Source: Candidatus Carthagonibacter metallireducens (GTDB taxonomy: Bacteria; Gemmatimonadota; Gemmatimonadetes; Palauibacterales; Palauibacteraceae). From it: a DNA stretch of 64,000 nt. Position numbers and translations under genes: made by a program. The stretch is taken from assembly GCA_023554445.1 (NCBI GenBank), contig JAMJQQ010000026.1, forward strand, positions 5,549 to 69,548, written 5' to 3'. The notes under the pieces were generated by a model, which did not search any database, was not told where the DNA came from, and was given only the letters and a program-made list of their open reading frames with translations. Below, one piece after another: positions 1-9,935 of this stretch (the stretch's first letter is position 1; every line of letters begins with the position of its first letter).

Positions 1-1
1 C

Positions 2-619
2 GTAGGCAACGTGATGATCGACACCCTCGACCTGCACAGGGATCGGGCTGCGGCGCTTCGAGTGGCCGAGAACATGGGTCTCGTACCTGGCACGTATCTG
101 CTCGTCACGTTGCATCGCCCATCGAACGTCGACGATCCGGATCGGCTCTCGGGCCTGCTTCTGGCTCTCGGCGAAATCGTCGCCGGAACCGGGCACCCGG
201 TACTCCTGCCGGTCCACCCGCGCACGTCCGCCCGGATTCGGGACTTCGGACTCGAATCTCTGCTGGACCCGCTCACGGTCCTTCCGTCGCTCCGTTACCT
301 GGATTTCCTGGGCTTGATGCAGGACGCTGCCGGCGTGATCACGGACTCGGGCGGAATTCAGGAGGAGACGACGGTCCTTGGGGTTCCCTGCGTCACCGTG
401 AGACCGAACACGGAACGGCCGGTGACGCTGACGCACGGAACCAACAGGATGTTCGACGACGATCCACATCTCCTGCTGGATGTGGTGCGTGAGGCGCTCA
501 TCGATGCGGAAGCCGTGGAACGCCCCCCTCTGTGGGATGGGCATGCTTCCGAACGGATCGCCGCCATTACGATGCAGCTGGAAGAGAGCCGGTCGGAGTC
601 GATTTCTATCGGCACATAA
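2..619 (+). CDS. wecB: UDP-N-acetylglucosamine 2-epimerase (non-hydrolysing), C-terminal part; the 5' end lies outside the window
   Basis: The frame is open from the window edge. The motif DSGGIQEETTVLGVPCVTVRPNTERPVT and the LLPVHPRT core are typical of WecB/MnaA. TAA stop at 617-619. Confidence 0.85.
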   Translation, partial: VGNVMIDTLDLHRDRAAALRVAENMGLVPGTYLLVTLHRPSNVDDPDRLSGLLLALGEIVAGTGHPVLLPVHPRTSARIRDFGLESLLDPLTVLPSLRYLDFLGLMQDAAGVITDSGGIQEETTVLGVPCVTVRPNTERPVTLTHGTNRMFDDDPHLLLDVVREALIDAEAVERPPLWDGHASERIAAITMQLEESRSESISIGT

Positions 620-1079
620 CGCCGTTCTCCGGGGAATTTCGGGGCCTGGAACAGCTTCAGTCGCGTCCTGCACGACCGAATCGCGCCCTGCAAAACGGAG
701 TGCGGCTCCTCCGGAATTCCGCTGACGATTCGAGGCCACCCGGGGCCTGCAATTCCAGCCGCGTCTTCGTTCGACTCGACGACCGGGTCGGGGCGACAGG
801 TCGACCGACCCGTGCAGGAAGCGCGAATCGTTGACCGCTCAAGGTTGCCCGGAAAACAGATTCATTCGGCCAGATCCGGGCCCGGCTGACCCTCCTGATC
901 GGCAGAACGCAACGGTTCACCCCCGTGGCGGATTCCCCACAGCGACATCGCCGATACTGACGCTTTCTCGCCACACGGGTCCGGGACTTGCCGACTCCCG
1001 GCGTGACGCCCCGTGCCCGGCACGGAACCCGATCGACCTCGAAGGCGCCGCGATCGGCGCCTGGGAGACGGAAGCCGAA

Positions 1080-2609
1080 GTGAGCGAGTCCTACGAGCTG
1101 GAACAGGAGATCCTGGAAGAAGCGCAGGGGGCCGACCACGGGGGGGACCCTGACGGGAATCCGCTCGCGCTCGACCCCGAGATCCTCAAGACCATCGATG
1201 TTCTCGTCGTCGACGACGAGCCGAGCATTCTCGAAAGCTGCGAGACGGTGCTGGCCGCGGAAGGCTACGACGTGGAAGTCGAGCGGCGGGCCGAAGAAGC
1301 GTTGCGTCGAGTCCGGTCGCAGGAATTCGACATCGTCCTGATCGACCAGAACATGCCGAATGTCCACGGACTCGACATTCTCGCCGAGGTCAGAAAGCGA
1401 AACCCCGACACGCTCGCGATCGTGATGACCGGCCATGCGACGGCCGAGAGCAGCGTTCGAGCCATGCAGGCCGGCGCATGGGACTATCTGCCCAAGCCGT
1501 TCACGGCCACCCAGCTGCTCGTGCTCGTCGGGCGGGCCGCTTTCACCCTGTTGCGCACGCGGAAGATCTCCACGCCGACCGAGCGCCAGGGAGTTCTGGT
1601 CGAGAAGGGCGCGCAGATTCTGGGAGTTTCCAAGTCGATGCGCGAGGCCGTGGCCAAAGCGCTCAAGGTGGCGCCCACCGACGCTTCCGTATTCATCACC
1701 GGGGAGAGCGGCACGGGGAAGGAATTGTTCGCTCAGTACATCCACCGCGAGAGTCGCCGATCACGTCGACCGTTCATGGCCGTGAACTGCGCCGCGCTTC
1801 CGGGCGAGCTCCTCGAGTCGGAGATGTTCGGGCACAAGCGAGGAGCCTTCACCGGAGCCATACGCGACAAGGCCGGGCTTCTCGAGGTCGCCGACGGTGG
1901 GTCCTTCTTCCTGGACGAGCTGGCCGAGATGCCCATGCCTCTTCAGGCGAAACTACTGCGCGTTCTCCAGGATGGCGTGCTGCGCAGGGTGGGGAGCGAG
2001 AAGGACGACGCCGTCGTAGACGTACGGTTCATTTCGGCTACGAACCGTGAGCCGGAGCAGGCCCTGGAGGACGGTGTCCTTCGTCACGACCTCTACTATC
2101 GCCTGCGTGTGGTGCCAATTCGGCTTCCAGCGCTGCGCGAGCGCCCGGAGGACATTCCCGTTCTCATCAAGCACTTCGTATCGCATTTCTGGAAACGGCA
2201 CCAGCTGGGCGGCGACGAGCCTCCCCGCCTGTCCCGGGAGACGCTGGAACGCCTGGTCTCGTATGAATGGCCGGGCAACGTGCGCGAATTGCAGAACGTG
2301 ATCGAGAACCTCGTCGTCCTGTCGGATCCGAACGAGGAGATCCCGGCTGACCGACTTTCCATGCTCGGCGGAACGGACCCGATCGGAGAACCGTCGATCG
2401 GCGGCTTCGCTTCGGTGGATGTCGGACAGCCGTTCCACGATGCGAAACAGGAACTCGTGGATCGATTCGAGCGGGAGTACCTGTCCCAGCTCATCGCCCG
2501 TACCGAAGGCAACATGTCGGAAGCCGCACGACAGGCAGGGATAGACCGCACCACGCTGTACCGCCTGATGGACAAACACAATCTCGCGAGAGAGGCCTTT
2601 GCGTCCTGA
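1080..2609 (+). CDS. Sigma-54-dependent response regulator (NtrC family: REC + AAA+ + Fis-type HTH)
   Basis: REC domain (IDVLVVDDEPSILES, DIVLIDQNMP). Walker A GESGTGKE. GAFTGA loop (KRGAFTGA). C-terminal HTH NMSEAARQAGIDRTTLYRLM. There is no ATG upstream of REC. GTG 1080 follows GGAGACGG, and the ORF is open from TTG 831, so the start is uncertain. Confidence 0.9.
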   Translation: MSESYELEQEILEEAQGADHGGDPDGNPLALDPEILKTIDVLVVDDEPSILESCETVLAAEGYDVEVERRAEEALRRVRSQEFDIVLIDQNMPNVHGLDILAEVRKRNPDTLAIVMTGHATAESSVRAMQAGAWDYLPKPFTATQLLVLVGRAAFTLLRTRKISTPTERQGVLVEKGAQILGVSKSMREAVAKALKVAPTDASVFITGESGTGKELFAQYIHRESRRSRRPFMAVNCAALPGELLESEMFGHKRGAFTGAIRDKAGLLEVADGGSFFLDELAEMPMPLQAKLLRVLQDGVLRRVGSEKDDAVVDVRFISATNREPEQALEDGVLRHDLYYRLRVVPIRLPALRERPEDIPVLIKHFVSHFWKRHQLGGDEPPRLSRETLERLVSYEWPGNVRELQNVIENLVVLSDPNEEIPADRLSMLGGTDPIGEPSIGGFASVDVGQPFHDAKQELVDRFEREYLSQLIARTEGNMSEAARQAGIDRTTLYRLMDKHNLAREAFAS

Positions 2610-2748
2610 CGAGAGACGGGAACGGACGCTCCCTCCCGCGATCGGAGAACGATCGGGAGGCGGGCGAGACGGAGGACGGCTGGAACCGGACGGGCCGTGG
2701 AGTCCCGGTTCGGCCGTCGAGGGGGCTCCGTCTCGCCTGCAACCCGCG

Positions 2749-3696
2749 ATGCGCTTTCTCGCGCGAGCCCTGGATCCGGGCTTCGCTCCAGCCGGAAGAG
2801 AATCGGATGAGCAGACGGAGAAGGCCGAGCTGGACCGGTTCACCCTCGATGATCTCGGCGAAGCACTGGCGTACATGCGCGCGGGCCTGCTGCACGACCT
2901 GCAACGCCAGGACCCTGCCACCTACGGGCTTCGGTCGCGGCGCCATGCGGACCTCGATGCCGCCACCCTGGAGGCGGCCTCGCAGATCCTCGAGCGGCAC
3001 GGTGGACGCCAGAGACGCTTCCTGCAGGACATCTCGCATGACCTGCGATCACCGCTCAACTCGATACTGTTTCTCGCCGACGCCCTGCGAAGCGGACACA
3101 GCGGGCCACTCAATCCGGTCCAGGTACGCCAGGTCGAAGTCCTGTTCATGGCGGCCGTGACGCTGGTCAAGATGGTGAACGACGTGATCGACTTCGCGCG
3201 ACTCGGGACCGACGCACCCCTCGTATCTGCACAGGCACCCTTCTCACTCGAGTCGGTGCTGACCGACGTCAACGGCCTGGTCGGACCGGTCGTCGCACAC
3301 AACGGGGTCGAACTGAATCTCTCGATGCGCGCGGAGGGCCTGCGCACCGGCGACGCTCAGGTCGTGAACCGCGTACTGCTGAACCTGATCTCGAACGCGG
3401 TTCAGGCTCTGCCGGACGGCGGGCGGATCGACGTCGTGTTCGAGGACACGGACGACGGGGGGCTGCACCTGGACGTGAGGGACTCGGGAACCGAGGCTCC
3501 CATTGCGAAGATCCGGGCCGCGCTCGACTCGGACGATCCGGATCACCTGGCCGGCGAGACCCGAGGCTGGACACAGGGTCTCGGCCTTTCCATCAGCGCA
3601 CGGCTCGTCCGCGCGGCAGGCGGTTCGATCTCGATCGACACGACTCCGGAAGGTGGGGCCGCGTTCGACGTGCTGCTTCCGTTCCCACCGCTCTGA
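2749..3696 (+). CDS. Sensor histidine kinase, apparently soluble (no TM segment)
   Basis: H-box FLQDISHDLRSPLNSI, N-box LLNLISNAVQA, G-boxes RDSGTE and GLGLSI. It lies immediately downstream of the NtrC-type regulator. Start is uncertain: ATG 2749, or TTG 2599 overlapping the upstream stop. Confidence 0.8.
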   Translation: MRFLARALDPGFAPAGRESDEQTEKAELDRFTLDDLGEALAYMRAGLLHDLQRQDPATYGLRSRRHADLDAATLEAASQILERHGGRQRRFLQDISHDLRSPLNSILFLADALRSGHSGPLNPVQVRQVEVLFMAAVTLVKMVNDVIDFARLGTDAPLVSAQAPFSLESVLTDVNGLVGPVVAHNGVELNLSMRAEGLRTGDAQVVNRVLLNLISNAVQALPDGGRIDVVFEDTDDGGLHLDVRDSGTEAPIAKIRAALDSDDPDHLAGETRGWTQGLGLSISARLVRAAGGSISIDTTPEGGAAFDVLLPFPPL

Positions 3697-3724
3697 GGGT
3701 TCTTCCTGCCGCTGACGGTACGTC

Positions 3725-4564
3725 TCAGCGGACCAGGAAGGTGGGGATGGAGACCGCTCCGATTATCTCCTCGGTGTGCGATCCCAGCAGCAGGTCGTGG
3801 ATCCGGCCGTGCCCGAAGGCGCCCATGAACAGGCCATCGATCCCCCATCGTCGCACCGCCTCATCAACGGCATTGCCGGGCTCCGCGTCCAGCCGAACCG
3901 ATTCCCACTCGATGTCGTGATCGTCGCAGAGACTGTGGGCAGGCTCCAGCAGTGCATCCGCGCGGTCGTCCCCGGCCGTGAGAAGCCGAATCTGTGCTTC
4001 GGCTGCCGCGCAATACTGGATCGCCAGATCGAGAGCCCGCACCGATGGCTCGCGGCCGTCGAGGGCAACCATGACGGTCAGAGGGATCTCGGTGGATGGT
4101 GTCCTGCCCGCCACCAGAACGGGGTGGGTGGCATGGCGCAGCACCCTGACGAGCGTGCTGCCGATCGGATGGAGACCGAATCCCACATTCTCTCCTCGTC
4201 GACCCATTACGACGAGATCGGCCGAGCGACCTGCCTCCGAAATCGCCTCTTCGGCGAGTCCGGTGACCTGCCGCCGCTCGACGCTCGTGATACCGGCAGC
4301 TACGGCCCGGGATTCGAAACGGTCCAGCTCCGTCCTGCTGCGCTCGTTCCACGTCTCCAGAATCTCGGCCTTGAAGGGACGGTTACTGGTCTCGCCCCAG
4401 ATGGGCGCCAGCGCCTCGATTGCCGGTCCTTCGATCGATCTGCTGTCGATGACGAACATTGCGGAAAGGCGCGCCCCGAAACGTGCTGCCAGCCGGATGG
4501 CGAGGTCGGCGGCGTTCCGGGAATCGGCGGAGCCATCAAGGGCGACGACGATCCGTTCGAACAT
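3725..4564 (-). CDS. Universal stress protein, tandem Usp domains
   Basis: Two Usp repeats (MFERIVVALDGSADS..., LTVMVALDGREPS...). ATP-site-like GAFGHGRIHDLLLGSHT. ATG start. Confidence 0.8.
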   Translation of the reverse strand: MFERIVVALDGSADSRNAADLAIRLAARFGARLSAMFVIDSRSIEGPAIEALAPIWGETSNRPFKAEILETWNERSRTELDRFESRAVAAGITSVERRQVTGLAEEAISEAGRSADLVVMGRRGENVGFGLHPIGSTLVRVLRHATHPVLVAGRTPSTEIPLTVMVALDGREPSVRALDLAIQYCAAAEAQIRLLTAGDDRADALLEPAHSLCDDHDIEWESVRLDAEPGNAVDEAVRRWGIDGLFMGAFGHGRIHDLLLGSHTEEIIGAVSIPTFLVR

Positions 4565-4615
4565 TCAGTCCTCCCGGAATTCCTGGATCGGCCGAAAGCA
4601 GGAAGCTCGTTCGTG

Positions 4616-5359
4616 TCAGGTGAGGTGCTGCCCTCCGTCGACCCGAATAATCTCCCCGGTAACATACTCGGCGTCGGCGAGATATAGAACCGCCTCCGCC
4701 ACGTCCCGCGGTGAGCCGATCCGTCCGAGCACCGTGCGCTCCGCCGCACGCGCTCGATAACTCTCCGAGTCCTCACCCACGGGCAGCAGCACCGGACCCG
4801 GCGACACCCCGTTGACGCGAACTTCGGGCGCAAAGGCCCGGGCCAGCCCGCGCGTGACACTGGCCAGTCCGGCCTTGGTCGCCACGTACGGCACGTATCC
4901 CGGCCACGCCTCGTCGGCCCCGGTGTCGATCAGGTTCACGATCGATCCTCCCTGCGAGACCGCCATGTGCCTGGCCGCTTCGCGCGAACAGAAGAACGGC
5001 GCCCGGAGATTCACGGCGAAGAGGTCGTCCCACTCCGCTGCCGATACCGTCAACGGATCCTGCCGGGGAAAGACGGCCGCGCTGTTTACCAGCAGATCGA
5101 TGTGCCCGAGGGCCTTCACCGCGTCAGAAACGAGTCCCTCTGCAGCCTCAGCCTCGGACAGGTCGGCCTGGAGAGCGATACCTCCGGGACCCAGCTCCTC
5201 GAGACGACGGACCACCTCGACCGCCTTCGATTCGGAGCTGCGGTAATGAACCGCCACGCGCCAGCCCGTCCCTCCAAGAGCCAGTGCGATGGCTCGTCCT
5301 ACCCGGATCGCGCCGCCCGTGACCAGTGCCGTCCGCGGGCTGTCGCGTCGTTCAAGCAA
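4616..5359 (-). CDS. Short-chain dehydrogenase/reductase (pteridine-reductase/FolM-like SDR)
   Basis: Rossmann motif VTGGAIRVGRAIA, catalytic YxxxK (YVATK). TTG start preceded by AGGAG. Confidence 0.8.
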   Translation of the reverse strand: MLERRDSPRTALVTGGAIRVGRAIALALGGTGWRVAVHYRSSESKAVEVVRRLEELGPGGIALQADLSEAEAAEGLVSDAVKALGHIDLLVNSAAVFPRQDPLTVSAAEWDDLFAVNLRAPFFCSREAARHMAVSQGGSIVNLIDTGADEAWPGYVPYVATKAGLASVTRGLARAFAPEVRVNGVSPGPVLLPVGEDSESYRARAAERTVLGRIGSPRDVAEAVLYLADAEYVTGEIIRVDGGQHLT

Positions 5360-5520
5360 ACGAGTTTCTCCTAAATGGGACTATCAGTTTCGGCAGGTGG
5401 ATGCTCACGTGCCCTGAAGCGATACCACGCCTCCGCATTGTCTCGCCGGCCGGTTCGAACCGCCAGCCCCGAGGTCGAAGCAGCCTTTGCGACTTGCGTG
5501 CCTCGACACGGGGGGGCTAC

Positions 5521-5597
5521 GAGTACTGGGGGTCGCTGCGAGCCGCAGATGAAACTTTTCGAGGTCGATTCCGAACTACACAGGGGCGGGAGTACTG
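5521..5597. promoter_or_regulatory. Two copies of the palindrome-containing octamer GAGTACTG in a divergent promoter region
   Basis: GAGTACTG occurs at 5521-5528 and 5590-5597. The core AGTACT is self-complementary and AT-rich in a GC-rich background. Confidence 0.25.
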
Positions 5598-5630
5598 CAG
5601 TCCGACGAACCCGAGCCGGTCAGAGGCCCG

Positions 5631-5999
5631 ATGAACGAGATCCTGAGAAAGGAAATCTGGAGGAAGCTCGACTCTCTTCCGGACGACAAGGCTTACCAGG
5701 TGCTGGACTTCATCAACTACTTGAAGTCGCAATACGGAGAGGACGAGCTGCCTACATCCGGCATCCAGAAGCTCGGGGAGATGTTTCAGGACACGATGCG
5801 CAAGCGTCGGGTTCCGGCATCGGCCATCCGTGAGACCATGAAGGTGATGGGAGCGGCGGACCGGGTTCTCGGGCATGTGCGGGCGGCAGGCAAGGAATTC
5901 CTCGTGGAGCTGGAGGGCAGTCGTCCGGAACCCTCGGCACCGACGAAGAGGGATGCCAACCGTGAGCCTCCGGAATCGCGCGAGATCGCCGTCGAATAG
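5631..5999 (+). CDS. Small hypothetical protein with a DUF2281-like N-terminus
   Basis: The N-terminus EILRKEIWRKLDSLPDDKAYQVLDFINYLKSQY resembles DUF2281 (antitoxin-like) domains. ATG start. There is no partner gene. Confidence 0.5.
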   Translation: MNEILRKEIWRKLDSLPDDKAYQVLDFINYLKSQYGEDELPTSGIQKLGEMFQDTMRKRRVPASAIRETMKVMGAADRVLGHVRAAGKEFLVELEGSRPEPSAPTKRDANREPPESREIAVE

Positions 6000-6058
6000 T
6001 TGACTGTCGCCGCAGGGCGCTCTACCCTTTCGCGTTCGTGACGACGCCGAGCAGGTGA

Positions 6059-7609
<1,551 letters not shown>

Positions 7610-7698
7610 TCGAAACCGCGACTGCGTCCGGACAGGTGGCGCAAGCCGGGCGAAATCGCGCATGGCGCGCTCGACGGCCCTACAGGAGGCACTGCGTG

Positions 7699-9219
7699 AT
7701 GGATCTCGAGTACTTGGACGACAGGTTCGGCCGGGGGGCATGGCGAATCAGGTCAGCCCGGCCGGCCATTCTGCTCACGGTTCTCGTGCTCGCAGCGTGC
7801 TCCGGACGCACATCGCCGCAGCTGTCGCCGGTCCCGGAGAGCCTTGCGAACGATGGCGTCACTGCTGGTGCCGAGCCGCCAGCGAGTGCTTCCGCGCCCA
7901 CTCTCGGTGAAGTCGCTTCCGAGGCACTCGACGCCTGGGAAGGGGAATCGCCGGGCTTCCAGGACGATGTCCTGAGCTTCGACGAGGGCGATCGTCGTTC
8001 CTTCTATCACATCTACGGCAGTGATCCCCTGGGTCTTTCCGAGCGCGCGGTGTCGCTGGCAGAGCGCAACGAGATCCCGCTCGAGATGAACGAGCACGTC
8101 GAGCGCTGGATCGACTTCTTCACGACCGGGAATGGCCGCACCAGGTTCCGGATTTATCTCGAGCGTGCAGGCGCGTACGAAGAGATGATCCGCCGCAGGT
8201 TGCGACAGGCCGGACTTCCAGAAGATCTCCTGTATCTCGCGATGATCGAGAGCGGGATGAACCCGAATGCGTACAGCCGGGCTCACGCGGTGGGACTATG
8301 GCAGTTCATCCGAGGCACCGGTCGGCTGTACGACCTCGAGATCGGCTACTGGCTGGATGAGCGTCGCGACCCTTTCAAGGCTACTGATGCCGCCGTCGCC
8401 CACCTCAGGGACCTCTACGAGGACTACGGATCCTGGTATCTGGCGGCAGCCGCATACAACGGCGGCCCCGGCCGGGTGAACCGGGGCATTGCCCGAACCG
8501 GGTCCAACGATTTCTGGGATCTTTCGGACGCCAGGGTGCTGCGCAGGGAGACTCGCAACTACGTGCCGAAGCTGATCGCCGCCACTACGATCGCGAAGAA
8601 CCCCGTGCGATACGGGTTCGACGACGTCGTGCCGCAACCGCCACTCGCGTTCGACGTGGTGGAGGTGCCGGACGCCACGAGCTTCGATGTCCTCGCCGAG
8701 GCGGCTGGTACGACCGAGGACGAGATCCGGCGACTGAACCCCCAGTATCCGCGTCGTGTCACGCCGCCGGATACGCGAGCCGAGGTGCGCGTTCCGCCGG
8801 GCACCGCCGCGACGTTCACGACCGCGTACGCGCAGGTGCCTGCATCCGAACGGGTGACCTGGCTCGAACACGTGGTGACGCGCGGACAGACGCTGTCCCA
8901 TATCGCCGATCGGTACGGCGTTTCGATCACCGCGATCCGCGCGACGAACAACAACGTGAATCCTCGCCGTCTGCAGATCGGACAGAAGCTGATCATCCCG
9001 CGTTCGGGCCGCGCCCGCGCCCGGGTGGCGAGCGCCGCGCCGGCTCCGGCGCCGGCGGTGACGTCGGAGGACGGTTCGCGGATCGTGACGGTGCAGCGCG
9101 GAGACACGCTCTGGACGATCGCTCGCGCCCACGGGGTCACCACACGCGACCTGATGGCGATGAACAACCTGAAATCGTCCAGAATCTATCCGGGCGATCG
9201 CCTCACCGTGGGGAAATGA
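7699..9219 (+). CDS. Membrane-bound lytic murein transglycosylase (MltD-like) with two LysM repeats
   Basis: Lipoprotein-like signal LVLAACSG. SLT core LAMIESGMNPNAYSRAHAVGLWQF...AAYNGGPG. LysM repeats HVVTRGQTLSHIADRYGVS and VTVQRGDTLWTIARAHGVT. Confidence 0.85.
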   Translation: MDLEYLDDRFGRGAWRIRSARPAILLTVLVLAACSGRTSPQLSPVPESLANDGVTAGAEPPASASAPTLGEVASEALDAWEGESPGFQDDVLSFDEGDRRSFYHIYGSDPLGLSERAVSLAERNEIPLEMNEHVERWIDFFTTGNGRTRFRIYLERAGAYEEMIRRRLRQAGLPEDLLYLAMIESGMNPNAYSRAHAVGLWQFIRGTGRLYDLEIGYWLDERRDPFKATDAAVAHLRDLYEDYGSWYLAAAAYNGGPGRVNRGIARTGSNDFWDLSDARVLRRETRNYVPKLIAATTIAKNPVRYGFDDVVPQPPLAFDVVEVPDATSFDVLAEAAGTTEDEIRRLNPQYPRRVTPPDTRAEVRVPPGTAATFTTAYAQVPASERVTWLEHVVTRGQTLSHIADRYGVSITAIRATNNNVNPRRLQIGQKLIIPRSGRARARVASAAPAPAPAVTSEDGSRIVTVQRGDTLWTIARAHGVTTRDLMAMNNLKSSRIYPGDRLTVGK

Positions 9220-9935
9220 CCGACTGGACGAGCGTCGACCTCCACGCTCACACCAGCTGGTCGGCCGATGCCCGCACGTCGCCCGCCGAGCTGGTGGAAC
9301 GAGCGGAGGAGGAGGGAATCGGGCGCATAGCCGTCACCGATCATGGAGAGATCGAGGGCGCTCTCGTCGCCCGGTCGATCGACCCCTGCCGGGTCATCGT
9401 CGGCGAGGAGATCCGTTGCGCAGGCCGGACCGAGCTGATCGGGCTCTTCCTCAGCGAGAGAATCCCGCAGGGCCTGTCCGTTCAGGAGACCGCGGACCGG
9501 ATCCGCGACCAGGGAGGGATCGTGTACGCGCCGCATCCCTGGGCTTACGCCTACCGACCCGCCCGGCATGCAGCCCGATCGATAGCCGTCGCGGACATCG
9601 TCGAGGTGTTCAACTCCCGGGCATTCTGGGAGCGCTGGAATCGTCGCGCTGCAGAATCTGCCGGCAGTGAGGGAAGGGTGATGGCGGCCAGCAGCGATGC
9701 GCACTTCCCGCACGAGATCGGCAGGGCACGGACGGCACTGCCGGCATTCGAGGGACCGCAGGGCCTGCTGGAGGCGCTGAGCGTGGGCCAGCCGATGGCG
9801 CTCACCGTCGGCTCGCCATTCGTCCACGTCGCGTCCGTCCTGATCGCCGCCCGGCGGCGACTGACACTGCTGCCGACCGATCAGGCCGGCTGGGATACCG
9901 TCTCCGCCCGACGGGGCGGGCCCGCGATCGGGTAG
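9216..9935 (+). CDS. PHP-domain metal-dependent phosphoesterase
   Basis: VDLHAHTSWSADA, VTDHGEI, YAPHPW and SSDAHF form the PHP His/Asp pattern. ATGA overlap with the upstream gene. Confidence 0.7.
   Translation: MTDWTSVDLHAHTSWSADARTSPAELVERAEEEGIGRIAVTDHGEIEGALVARSIDPCRVIVGEEIRCAGRTELIGLFLSERIPQGLSVQETADRIRDQGGIVYAPHPWAYAYRPARHAARSIAVADIVEVFNSRAFWERWNRRAAESAGSEGRVMAASSDAHFPHEIGRARTALPAFEGPQGLLEALSVGQPMALTVGSPFVHVASVLIAARRRLTLLPTDQAGWDTVSARRGGPAIG

Noticed and set aside
88-102. Sigma-54 promoter-like TGGCACGTATCTGCT
   Set aside because: The GG-to-GC spacing is one nucleotide short of the -24/-12 consensus, and the sequence lies inside the wecB coding region.
657-1745. Long antisense or alternative-frame ORFs throughout the track, for example 657-1745(-), 1953-2921(-), 20713-22356(+), 22387-24465(+), 17914-18999(-), 18863-20716(+), 55922-57307(+), 57584-58630(+), 41288-42649(-)
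   Set aside because: They lie opposite or out of frame to genes with unmistakable homology (ntrC, mfd, surA, pntB, pntAA and others). Their translations are Arg/Pro/Gly/Ser-rich low-complexity strings, which is typical of shadow ORFs in GC-rich DNA.
5452-5461. tRNA T-arm-like GGTTCGAACC in the 5360-5630 intergenic region
   Set aside because: I could not fold a cloverleaf around it. There is no complementary acceptor stem, and no D- or anticodon arms at the proper distances.
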